Source of the DNA: a virus
Lineage: Duplodnaviria; Caudoviricetes
Reading direction: 5' to 3' (one strand)
Virus record (IMG/VR): IMGVR_UViG_3300010167_000010
Span: 32,001 to 96,000 of that record
Length of the DNA stretch: 64,000 bases
Shown here: positions 25,527 through 34,812 of the stretch, piece by piece
Layout: each line of letters begins with the position of its first letter
Position numbering within the stretch: the stretch's first letter is position 1
Position numbers and translations under genes: made by a program
Notes under the pieces: generated by a model
The model's input: the letters and a program-made list of their open reading frames with translations, nothing else
Database searches by the model: none
Told to the model about the DNA's origin: nothing

Positions 25527-26962
25527 TGAATATTCAGTCTAAAATACCTTCCACTGCGAAGAAAATCTGTAATACCCTTCACAAAAAAGGTTTTGAGGCT
25601 TATATTTGTGGCGGAGCAATTAGAGATATAATTATTGGTCGCGAGCCTAAAGATTTCGATATTGTATCTAATGCAACCCCAGAAGATATAGAAAAACTTT
25701 TTCCGAAGACGCTTCCTATTGGAAAAGCATTTGGAATAATTACTGTTATTTATAATAATGAATCTTATGAAATTGCTCAGATGAGAATAGACGGAAATTA
25801 TTCTGACGGAAGACATCCTGATGATATTTTTATCACCCGAGATATTGAAAAAGATTTGGCAAGACGAGATTTTACAATGAATGCTATTGCGTGGTGCCCG
25901 TCAAGAGAAATAATAAGAGATCCGTATGCGGGTACTATGGATATAATGGATAAAGAAATTACTTTTGTTGGTGATGCTTTAATTCGTATTCAAGAAGATA
26001 AGCTGCGCATATTAAGAGCTTTTCGTTTTTCAAGTCAAATAGGTTTTAAAATTGCTGACAGTTCTTTAGAAGCTATTCAATTATGGATAAATGAAGGAAA
26101 TACTTTTGAAGGTGTTTCTCAAGAAAGAATTTCTGCAGAATTTAGCAAAATAGTAACTGGTAAAAATGCAATGGAAACAATTAAATTGATGGCAGAAATT
26201 GGATTACTTTGGATGATTATTCCTGAATTAAAAGATTTGTGTGAAGAACATAATAACGAATATCATACTGAGTTTATGAGGGACCTAAAAAATATTAGTA
26301 ATACTTCTATTTTGGTTCACGTATTATACGTAATAAAGTTTGCAACAGAACATCTCTTAAATAGGGGAGTAGAAACTGAAACAGAAAAATTGTTAATTAT
26401 GTTAGCAGCTTTATTTCATGATATTGGAAAACCTGTTTGTAGAGAAACAAAATCGAACGGAAAAAGTAGATATTTGAATCATGATACTATTGGTGCTGAA
26501 ATGACTTTTAATATTTTAACTCGTATGAAGTTTTCAAACGAGATTATTAAAGGTGTTACTAATTTAGTTAGAAGACATATGAATGCGCATGATATTCCTA
26601 AAATTAAAAAGGTTCATAAAATAAAGCGCATATTAGCTTCAGAGTATTTCGACTTGTTAATGATATTATCGTATTGTGATACTATGGGGACTGCTGGAAA
26701 TAATGGAGTACCTAACTTAAAGGATGCAGAAGCATTTCATAATTGTGTTTGTGATTATATATCTAAATATGGAAAGAAACTTCCTACTCCTTTGGTAACA
26801 GGTGATACTTTAATTCATCTTGGTTTTACTCCTGGTCCAGACTTTAAGGAAAGATTAGAGAAGACTTTCAATTATCAACTTAATGGTTGTGATTGTAAAA
26901 TCAAACTAATATCTTATGCAAAGGGGTTGATTCTAAAAAATCAATCTTGGGAAACACCTTAG
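25526..26962 (+). CDS. cca: CCA-adding tRNA nucleotidyltransferase with HD domain
   Basis: GGAIRD, DFDI, YSDGRHP loop, RRDFTMNA, ED.LR..RA.RF, ERI..E, HDIGK. Confidence 0.93.
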   Translation: MNIQSKIPSTAKKICNTLHKKGFEAYICGGAIRDIIIGREPKDFDIVSNATPEDIEKLFPKTLPIGKAFGIITVIYNNESYEIAQMRIDGNYSDGRHPDDIFITRDIEKDLARRDFTMNAIAWCPSREIIRDPYAGTMDIMDKEITFVGDALIRIQEDKLRILRAFRFSSQIGFKIADSSLEAIQLWINEGNTFEGVSQERISAEFSKIVTGKNAMETIKLMAEIGLLWMIIPELKDLCEEHNNEYHTEFMRDLKNISNTSILVHVLYVIKFATEHLLNRGVETETEKLLIMLAALFHDIGKPVCRETKSNGKSRYLNHDTIGAEMTFNILTRMKFSNEIIKGVTNLVRRHMNAHDIPKIKKVHKIKRILASEYFDLLMILSYCDTMGTAGNNGVPNLKDAEAFHNCVCDYISKYGKKLPTPLVTGDTLIHLGFTPGPDFKERLEKTFNYQLNGCDCKIKLISYAKGLILKNQSWETP

Positions 26963-26966
26963 ATTT

Positions 26967-26990
26967 AATCCCCCAGAAATGGGGGATTTC
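26967..26990 (+). terminator. Terminator hairpin
   Basis: AATCCCCC-AGAAAT-GGGGGATT. Confidence 0.65.
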
Positions 26991-27014
26991 TTATATAATA
27001 TTAAGGAGATAAAA

Positions 27015-27509
27015 TTGTTAAAAACTAATCATAATTGGAAAAAAATTCCAACTTTTTCAAAAATTAGAAAATTTCATAATCATCATTTTGATGTTATAAA
27101 TTCAACAATGGATAATGAAGATATAAAAGATTATTCAGACGGAAGACATCCAATAAAAAATAAATATCAATGGTTAAGACAACCTAGCGGTGGAAATTCA
27201 CATAATTTCGATATTAAAGATTTTCCAAAGTCTGTATGTTATATCCCTACTAATAAAGAATTCTTTATAAGAAAAAATGGAGAATCTGGTACATTTGGTA
27301 ATAGAAGAAATGATCCTAAATATTCTAGAGATTATCATTATTTTATGTGTTTTCTTGAAGAATGGATTGGAAAAAAAATATTTGATGTAAAAATAACGAA
27401 AGAAAATTATAATTTAGATTCAACAAGACATTTAGTTGAGTTTAGAACTAAAAATGCTTTATTTGATATTTTTAAAACTTCTAACCCAAATGACCATTAT
27501 AAAACTTAA
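27015..27509 (+). CDS. Hypothetical protein
   Basis: Probable TTG start after AAGGAG; the listed ATG lies inside the terminator. Confidence 0.55.
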   Translation: MLKTNHNWKKIPTFSKIRKFHNHHFDVINSTMDNEDIKDYSDGRHPIKNKYQWLRQPSGGNSHNFDIKDFPKSVCYIPTNKEFFIRKNGESGTFGNRRNDPKYSRDYHYFMCFLEEWIGKKIFDVKITKENYNLDSTRHLVEFRTKNALFDIFKTSNPNDHYKT

Positions 27510-27529
27510 TTTCAATAAAGGAGAAAAAT

Positions 27530-27790
27530 ATGACAGATCATGAAAGATGGGAAGCATCATCAATAGATGCTTGTTTACGATTAAAAGAAGATTTAGGATT
27601 AAAGATTACTTCTGAACTGCAAGAATTGCTTTACGAGCATAAAAAAGGAATGTTTATTGCAGACTGTAGTGACGATTATTTTGGCAAAACTATTCCAGAA
27701 CAAGCCGCGCTCAAAAAGAAACTTCAAGATTATTTGCTTAATTTAGGTTTTACAAAAGAAAAAATAAACCAAACAATTAAATGGATATAA
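27530..27790 (+). CDS. Hypothetical protein
   Basis: RBS AAGGAG. Confidence 0.6.
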   Translation: MTDHERWEASSIDACLRLKEDLGLKITSELQELLYEHKKGMFIADCSDDYFGKTIPEQAALKKKLQDYLLNLGFTKEKINQTIKWI

Positions 27791-27853
27791 CAACTAAATA
27801 ATTAAGTTAATATAATTATAGGAAATCAGAGAGATTTCTAAAATGGAGTTTAA

Positions 27854-28867
27854 ATGAAAATAGGCGTTTTTATTGGGCGCTTCCAACCTGTTCACAATAT
27901 TCATTCTAAAATAATAAATTATTCTCTATCTAAATATGATAAAACTGTAATTATAATTGGAAGTTCTGAAGCTTCATTTTCTTTACGAAATCCTTTTAGT
28001 GATGATTTTAGAAAACATATGATTACTGGCTGTATTGAAGATAAAAGAGCTAGTACTTTTTCGATTAGATTTTTAAAAGATTCTAATTATAATTTTAATC
28101 AATGGTTAAAAGATGTTCATAATATTGTTGAAGATGAAAAATTAACAAAAAATGATGAAATATTTTTAATTGGTCATTATAAAGATTCTGGAAGTTATTG
28201 GTTAAATCATTTCCCGCAATGGAATTTAGATAAAATAGATTTTGAAGATAAATTAAGTAGTACACAAATAAGAGAAAATTTATTTAGTTGGTGTCCAACT
28301 GATTGGAAAGATTATGTTCCAGAGTCTACAATAAAAGTTATAAATGATTGGAAATCTTCTAGAAATGATTTATTTGAATTAGCTAAAAATGAACTTCAAT
28401 TTATTACCGATTATAAAAATAAATGGTCAAATGCACCATTTCCGCCAACATTTGTTACAGTAGATTCGATAGTATTATGTAAAGGCCATGTAGTAATAAT
28501 AAAACGTGGAAGAAACCCAGGCAAAGGTCAATATGCAATGCCTGGCGGTTTTATAAATCAAAATGAATCTTTAAAAGATGCAGCAATTAGAGAATTAAAA
28601 GAAGAAACTAAAATTGATGTTGCAAAACCTATTTTAGAAAATTCTTTGAAACAAGTTAAAGTATTCGATTATCCATATAGAGACCCGCGGGGTAGAATTA
28701 TTACTCATGTGCATCAATTTGAATTAAATTTAAAAGAACTTCCAAATATCAAAGCAGCTGATGATGCAAATGATGTTAAATGGATGTCTTTTGGAGATAT
28801 TGATTTAGGATATAGTCATTTTTATTCTGATCATTATCAAATTATAAAAAACATATTAGAGTTCTAA
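27854..28867 (+). CDS. nadM: Bifunctional NMN/NaMN adenylyltransferase - ADP-ribose Nudix hydrolase
   Basis: IGRFQPVHNIH, RNPF, SSTQIR; Nudix box GG.....ESLKDAAIRELKEET; RDPRGR. Confidence 0.93.
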   Translation: MKIGVFIGRFQPVHNIHSKIINYSLSKYDKTVIIIGSSEASFSLRNPFSDDFRKHMITGCIEDKRASTFSIRFLKDSNYNFNQWLKDVHNIVEDEKLTKNDEIFLIGHYKDSGSYWLNHFPQWNLDKIDFEDKLSSTQIRENLFSWCPTDWKDYVPESTIKVINDWKSSRNDLFELAKNELQFITDYKNKWSNAPFPPTFVTVDSIVLCKGHVVIIKRGRNPGKGQYAMPGGFINQNESLKDAAIRELKEETKIDVAKPILENSLKQVKVFDYPYRDPRGRIITHVHQFELNLKELPNIKAADDANDVKWMSFGDIDLGYSHFYSDHYQIIKNILEF

Positions 28868-28880
28868 GGAGGAACACGAA

Positions 28881-29552
28881 ATGAAAAAAATATTAATTGT
28901 AGTAGACCCACAAAATGATTTTGTGAAACCGAATGGAGCATTAGCGGTCCCTAATGCAGAAACAGTAATTCCTAACATAAATAAATTGTTAAACGCTAAA
29001 TTTGATTTTGTAATTATTTCACAAGATTGGCATCCAGCAGATCATATTTCTTTTGCTAGGACACATGGTGCTGAAGTATTTACTGAAAGAGATACTTTAC
29101 AAGGAGCTGGAAGTGCAGCAGGAATTAAAACTATCAGACAAGTGATGTGGCCGAACCATTGTGTTGCAAATACTTCAGGAGCTGAAATTCATTCAGGTAT
29201 TGATCAAAGTAAAGTTAATGCAATATTTAGAAAAGGAGCTGATAAATTTAGAGAATGTTATTCTTTATTTGAATATGTTTATGAACCTGGAACTACTGTT
29301 TTTGGAGATGAGTATTTAACACCGTTTTATAAAATAATTGCAGAAATGAAACCTATAGAAATTATAATTTGTGGTTATGCAACTGATTTTTGTTGTGCAC
29401 AAACTGCAATAGGGGCAAATAAAATTGCTTGCGCTACTTTAATAACAGATGCATGTGCTCCAGTTGATCCAGGAAATGTAGAAATGACTTATAAACGTTT
29501 ACAAGCTATAAACATTACATTAAAAACTACTGCTAAATATTTGGGAGAATAA
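28881..29552 (+). CDS. pncA: Nicotinamidase
   Basis: VDPQNDF, QDWHPADHISF, WPNHCV, RKG, GYATDFC. Confidence 0.93.
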   Translation: MKKILIVVDPQNDFVKPNGALAVPNAETVIPNINKLLNAKFDFVIISQDWHPADHISFARTHGAEVFTERDTLQGAGSAAGIKTIRQVMWPNHCVANTSGAEIHSGIDQSKVNAIFRKGADKFRECYSLFEYVYEPGTTVFGDEYLTPFYKIIAEMKPIEIIICGYATDFCCAQTAIGANKIACATLITDACAPVDPGNVEMTYKRLQAINITLKTTAKYLGE

Positions 29553-29553
29553 T

Positions 29554-30753
29554 ATGATTATAGAATCTTTACTTGATACTGATTTATATAAATTTAATAT
29601 GATGCGTATATTTATTGAGAAATTTTTTAATAGTTATGGTCGTTATGTATTTAAATGTAGAACACCAAATATAAAATTTACTCCAGAAATGTTTAAAGAT
29701 ATTGGAGAAGAATTACGACATGTTGCTACATTGCGATTTTCTCCTGAAGAAATAGATTATATAAAAAATATTCGTTATCATAGTACAGCATACGGATATC
29801 TTAATTTTCTAAAAATGTTTCAATTAGACATGAGTAATTTTAAAAAATTAGATTTACATGATGGTAAACTTGAGATAGAAGTTGAAGGACCAATATTTCA
29901 AGTAAGTATGTGGGAAACATTTGTATTAGCGATAGTACAAGAAACTTATTGGAAACATACTATTGGTGATGACGACGTTCCTGATAGAAATACTTTAATG
30001 CACGATGGTATAAATAAATTACTTGGAGATTTAGAAATTATGCATCATCATCCATTTTTATTAATCGAATTTGGGACTAGAAGAAGATTTAGCAAAGGTT
30101 ATCAAGAAGCAGTATTAAAAATTTTATTAAAACAAACACCAGAAGGATCTTTATTTGGTACTTCTAATGTAGAACTTGCTAAAAAATATCGCTTACGACC
30201 TTGCGGAACTATGGCACACGAATATATTTGTTTAGGCCAAGCACTTAAACATGTACCTATTGGAGAAAGTCAAACTTATATGCTGGATCAATGGTACGAT
30301 TTATATGGTGATAGTTTAGGAACTGCATTAAGTGATACTCTTGGTACAGATAAATTTTTAAAAGATTTTACTCCCCGATATGCTAAATTATATGATGGTG
30401 TTCGTCACGATTCTGGTGACCCTTTAACTTGGGGAAATAAAATTATTGAACATTATACAAGTATGGGAATTGATCATAAAACTAAAGTATTATTTTTTAG
30501 TGATAGTTTAACTCTAGAAAAAGCTTCTGAAATAAAAACTTACTTTAAAAAATTTCATGATCATTATAAAATAAGTTTTGGGATAGGGACAGCTTTAACT
30601 AATAATATCCCAGGAATAACTCCATTAAATCTAGTAATGAAACTAGTTGAAGCAAATGGAAGACCAGTAGCAAAAATTAGTGATGAATCTGGAAAAACGA
30701 TGTGTGAAGATGAAAAATATCTTGAATATTTGAGATATACTATAAATAATTAG
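29554..30753 (+). CDS. pncB: Nicotinate phosphoribosyltransferase
   Basis: SLLDTDLYKF, EFGTRRRFS, GTSNV, GTMAHE, GVRHDSGDP, FSDSL, FGIGT, KISD. Confidence 0.95.
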   Translation: MIIESLLDTDLYKFNMMRIFIEKFFNSYGRYVFKCRTPNIKFTPEMFKDIGEELRHVATLRFSPEEIDYIKNIRYHSTAYGYLNFLKMFQLDMSNFKKLDLHDGKLEIEVEGPIFQVSMWETFVLAIVQETYWKHTIGDDDVPDRNTLMHDGINKLLGDLEIMHHHPFLLIEFGTRRRFSKGYQEAVLKILLKQTPEGSLFGTSNVELAKKYRLRPCGTMAHEYICLGQALKHVPIGESQTYMLDQWYDLYGDSLGTALSDTLGTDKFLKDFTPRYAKLYDGVRHDSGDPLTWGNKIIEHYTSMGIDHKTKVLFFSDSLTLEKASEIKTYFKKFHDHYKISFGIGTALTNNIPGITPLNLVMKLVEANGRPVAKISDESGKTMCEDEKYLEYLRYTINN

Positions 30754-30762
30754 GAGAATAAA

Positions 30763-31248
30763 ATGTATACTAGTTTAATTGACATTCTTTTATGGCTTAG
30801 TTTAGTAAAAGGAATTATTATTGCCTTTGGACTAACTTTTGGTTTTGGTTCAATTGTTTGGTGGGTTTATGCATATATGAGAAGCGATAATCATAAATCT
30901 TATAGAGCTCAAACAATAATGGGATTTGTTTTTCTATTTTTAATGATGTGTATGATTGCTGTAGGTTCATCATATTTTTTAAAACCAGAATGGCAAATAG
31001 CTAAAGCAGTTGCAAAGCAAGTTGATATTCATATTGTTGCTAACCCAGAATCTACATTTAGTCCAGACGTTTTAATTGGTCATGCTGATAAGGCAGTATT
31101 AGGAGTATTTACAATTATTCAAGATGCTCCAGCAAATATTCAAAAATTGATTGGCGGCCAATCGATGGCTGAAATTCAAGCTGAACGTGAAGCACGAGAA
31201 AGACAAGCTGAGTTCCAAGAATTTTTAAGATGGCGAGAACAGCAATGA
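30763..31248 (+). CDS. Membrane protein
   Basis: Two TM segments. Confidence 0.65.
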   Translation: MYTSLIDILLWLSLVKGIIIAFGLTFGFGSIVWWVYAYMRSDNHKSYRAQTIMGFVFLFLMMCMIAVGSSYFLKPEWQIAKAVAKQVDIHIVANPESTFSPDVLIGHADKAVLGVFTIIQDAPANIQKLIGGQSMAEIQAEREARERQAEFQEFLRWREQQ

Positions 31249-31291
31249 TTGGAATGTATATTTATGGTATTGGAATGATAGGATTAAGTAT

Positions 31292-31765
31292 ATGTCTGGT
31301 CTTTTATCTAAAACACTATTTGGAAAACCCATGAAAAAATATTTAGAAATTTATACAGATGGGGGTTGGTATGAACAAAAAAATAGAATTACCTGGGGAT
31401 TTATTATTGTAGATAATGATGTTATTCAATATACAGAAAATTCTCATGGATCAGGTGCACATAAAGCAGACGTGGAGCGGGCTGAAAGTGAAGCTATTAT
31501 ACAAGCATGTAAATATGTTGCTAAAAATCCCGGAAATTATCGTTTATATACCGATAGCAAAAGTGTAATAAATAAAATAGAAAATAAAGTCCCAAATGCA
31601 ACTAAAAACCCAAATATAAAAGGGATTCAAAAAATATTAAATAGTGTTAATAGTTCTTGGAATCCAGAATCATTAGTTATAGAATATAAAAGAAGACGAA
31701 GCGATATATTTTCTGAACATATAGATGATTTATGTAGAGCATGGAGCGGGGTAAATTTTAAATGA
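31292..31765 (+). CDS. rnhA: Ribonuclease HI-family protein
   Basis: IYTDGG, AESEA, YTDS, late DDL acidic residues; start may be MKKYL. Confidence 0.75.
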   Translation: MSGLLSKTLFGKPMKKYLEIYTDGGWYEQKNRITWGFIIVDNDVIQYTENSHGSGAHKADVERAESEAIIQACKYVAKNPGNYRLYTDSKSVINKIENKVPNATKNPNIKGIQKILNSVNSSWNPESLVIEYKRRRSDIFSEHIDDLCRAWSGVNFK

Positions 31766-32259
31766 ATGGGAAAATTATTAGTGTTTTTCCATGTTCAGGA
31801 AAAACACATACAGTAACAAAATATTATTTTGAACTTGATTGTGTAGATCATGATTTTTATGATTGGAAATATCGCTCCGTTCATCAGGAAAAAATTTGGT
31901 TAAAACATTACTTATCTAGAATGCATCAATTACAAAGAAAATTTAAATTTGTTTTTGTAAATGCTTTACCAGAAATTGTTAACGAATTACCAAAAGATTC
32001 GATAGTCATTTATCCTACAAAATCCTTAAAATCTGAATGGGTTGAAAGAGCAAAATCTCGTGGAGGTATTTCAGAATTTCCATTATTATTAGAAGAAAAA
32101 TGGAATAAATGGATTGATACTTGTATGAATTGGTATGGAAAAAAATATGTTTTAGAAAGTGGTCAATATCTTACAGATATAATTAAACAATTATATGGAG
32201 TAAAAGTTAATTTAAATTCAATGCCAGGAGAACGGGCATCAAAATTTGGATATGCTTAA
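31762..32259 (+). CDS. P-loop NTPase/kinase-like protein
   Basis: SVFPCSGKT Walker-A-like motif. Confidence 0.6.
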   Translation: MNGKIISVFPCSGKTHTVTKYYFELDCVDHDFYDWKYRSVHQEKIWLKHYLSRMHQLQRKFKFVFVNALPEIVNELPKDSIVIYPTKSLKSEWVERAKSRGGISEFPLLLEEKWNKWIDTCMNWYGKKYVLESGQYLTDIIKQLYGVKVNLNSMPGERASKFGYA

Positions 32260-32512
32260 AAGGAAGTTTATGAAAAGATTATTATTTTTATTATTCGTAT
32301 TTACGATAGGATCAATTATATTGATATCGTGTTTTGTTAGAATTGGAACAGGACCTAATTCTATGGGAGAAGCAGTTATAGTAAATTCAGAAGGTTTTCC
32401 AATTGGTACGACTAGAGCATATTATACAGATAATTTACGAGGAAGAATGGGGACTTATGTTTTAGTTGAGAAAATGCCAGATGGTACTTTTATTCTTTGG
32501 CAGCCTGAATAA
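32246..32512 (+). CDS. Small exported or lipoprotein-like protein
   Basis: MKRLLFLL..LISC signal-like segment. Confidence 0.5.
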   Translation: MDMLKRKFMKRLLFLLFVFTIGSIILISCFVRIGTGPNSMGEAVIVNSEGFPIGTTRAYYTDNLRGRMGTYVLVEKMPDGTFILWQPE

Positions 32513-32516
32513 TATT

Positions 32517-33260
32517 ATGTTTAATGCTAAAAAAATAAAACAAGAATTAATTCAATGGATCAAAAATTGGTTTGAACAAAACGGGCCACATAGTCCTGCT
32601 ATAATTGGAATATCTGGTGGAAAAGACAGTGCAATAGTTGCTGCACTTTGTGTAGAAGCTTTAGGAAAAGGACGAGTAATTGGAATATCTTTACCTCAAG
32701 ATTGTCATGAAGGAGAATCCACTGAAGACCCAGATGTTCAAAAGTTAGTGAAACATTTAGGAATATCTTGTTTTACTTATGATATTGGTGGAATATGTGG
32801 AAGTATTTTAGGTAATATTGGTGAAACATTTTATAAAGTGGCTAATTCACAAACGGTAGAAAATATCCCTCCAAGAGTACGAATGACTTATCTTTATGCA
32901 CTTGCATCTATGTGTGATGGGCGTGTTGCTAATTGTAGTAATTTATCTGAAGACGTAGTTGGCTATACTACAAAATGGGGAAGTAATACTGGAGATTTTG
33001 CACCTATAGCAGATTTAACTGTAACAGAAATTAAACTGATTGGAAAAGAATTACGATTACCTCGTAAAATTGTAGAAAAAATTCCACATGATGGTTTACA
33101 AAGTTTAAGTGATGAAGAAAGATTGGGAATTACTTATAAAGAAATTGACAAATGGTGTAGACATTTATGTAATGATGAAAAAATTGATAAAAAAATTGTA
33201 GAATTAAAAAAGAAAAACGCTCATAAATTTAAATCAATTCCAAGATACAATTTTAGTTAA
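32517..33260 (+). CDS. nadE: NH3-dependent NAD+ synthetase
   Basis: GISGGKDS, NI.PRVRM, NLSE..GY.TKWG, P.DGL..SDEE.LG; start set at ATG 32517. Confidence 0.93.
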   Translation: MFNAKKIKQELIQWIKNWFEQNGPHSPAIIGISGGKDSAIVAALCVEALGKGRVIGISLPQDCHEGESTEDPDVQKLVKHLGISCFTYDIGGICGSILGNIGETFYKVANSQTVENIPPRVRMTYLYALASMCDGRVANCSNLSEDVVGYTTKWGSNTGDFAPIADLTVTEIKLIGKELRLPRKIVEKIPHDGLQSLSDEERLGITYKEIDKWCRHLCNDEKIDKKIVELKKKNAHKFKSIPRYNFS

Positions 33261-33281
33261 TATATGTAATATGGAGATAAT

Positions 33282-33674
33282 ATGACTCAAAAACAATATG
33301 TACCAATAGAAAGTGAAGATTATATTACTGGATTAAAAGAAGATGAAAGTATTTTTACTGTAGAATTTATACAAGAAGAAACAGGAGGACCTATGTTCTC
33401 CAATAAAGAATTTATATTTAAGAAATTTTTGAATAACGATTTTCATATTGAAGGATTACAAAAAACAGAAAATTCTATTCTAGCAGAAATAAGAGATATT
33501 AAATTTCCTGATACACCAATTAGAACAGATATAAGTAGAGGATTTTTTAGAACAAAAGCTGATGCAGCTTATGAATTTACTAAAATGTTAAGAGTTTTAT
33601 ATGAAGCATCATTAAAAGAATTTCATGAAAAGTTTGGTCAATACGAAGAAGCTTTAGGTATTAAACGTAGTTAA
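33282..33674 (+). CDS. Hypothetical protein
   Basis: RBS GGAG; GTTAATATA motif upstream. Confidence 0.6.
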   Translation: MTQKQYVPIESEDYITGLKEDESIFTVEFIQEETGGPMFSNKEFIFKKFLNNDFHIEGLQKTENSILAEIRDIKFPDTPIRTDISRGFFRTKADAAYEFTKMLRVLYEASLKEFHEKFGQYEEALGIKRS

Positions 33675-33684
33675 TCTAATATAA

Positions 33685-34812
33685 ATGAATTATCAATACT
33701 TTGAGCTTTTAAAAAATAAATCTATTCACACAAAATGGAAAGCTTTAGATAGGGGCCAACACTTATCTTTTTTAAATGATAATTGTAATAAATATTATGC
33801 TCCCCTATTTTGTCATTTATTTGGTTCAAACATTAAAAAAATAATTCCTTCACACGTAAAAACTATTAAAGGAAATAAAACTATTTATGAAAATTATGTT
33901 TATGGTCATTTAATAGTAGGAAATAATCCAATAAGATTATCGACAAATTTAGATTTAAAAAATAATTCTATACAATTCCCAATAGAAGAATATTCTTATT
34001 TTAGCTATGGAAAATACTTATTTTTTACTTGCGGCGATTTATATTTAATAGTAAGTTGTAGTAAATTACAAGATTGTATAGAAAGTAAAACTATAATGAT
34101 AGAAAAGACAGCATTAAAAAATTATGAAATTTCTATTATAGATTTATTTAATAATAATATTATAGAAAATTTTGGTCTTTTAGATATAAATAATTTATCA
34201 GTAGAAAAAGACGATGGAACTTCTGCAGTTTTATCTAATACATTATCACAAACTTTCTTAAATACTAAATTAAGAGGTTGTTTAATTGGTCAAAAACCAA
34301 AATATATAGTAGCTAGAATAGAAAATTCTAATAGTGATTTATTTTTTGAATTATTCTTTTTTATGAATAGAAAAGATATTCGTAAAATGATATTTCGTAA
34401 TACAATTAAAAATATAAAAACCGATCAAGGTATTGGTTTAATTATTAAATATCATACTAATAATATTTTATCTGAAATACAAGAAATTAGACAGTCTAGT
34501 TTAATTAAAACTGGGAAAAACTTTTCTTATGCAATATTAAATTATAATAAAGTAAATAATATACATAAAATTAAACAATATTGTCAAAAATATTTACTTG
34601 CTAAACCGCCTGAAAAAGAATATTGTTTACATTGGGCTGTCAAAAAATCTATATATTGTAATAGCAAAGAAGAATACAACTATTATAAACAATTATTTAT
34701 TAGTTGTAATGGAAAGAAAAATAAATATACAGAAGAAGATATATACTTTTTTAAAGATTGTTTTAGTTATAAAAAATATATTTCTAAAAGTTCTGATCAC
34801 TTTTACAAATGA
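33685..34812 (+). CDS. Hypothetical protein
   Basis: 375-aa ORF, no recognised motif. Confidence 0.55.
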   Translation: MNYQYFELLKNKSIHTKWKALDRGQHLSFLNDNCNKYYAPLFCHLFGSNIKKIIPSHVKTIKGNKTIYENYVYGHLIVGNNPIRLSTNLDLKNNSIQFPIEEYSYFSYGKYLFFTCGDLYLIVSCSKLQDCIESKTIMIEKTALKNYEISIIDLFNNNIIENFGLLDINNLSVEKDDGTSAVLSNTLSQTFLNTKLRGCLIGQKPKYIVARIENSNSDLFFELFFFMNRKDIRKMIFRNTIKNIKTDQGIGLIIKYHTNNILSEIQEIRQSSLIKTGKNFSYAILNYNKVNNIHKIKQYCQKYLLAKPPEKEYCLHWAVKKSIYCNSKEEYNYYKQLFISCNGKKNKYTEEDIYFFKDCFSYKKYISKSSDHFYK

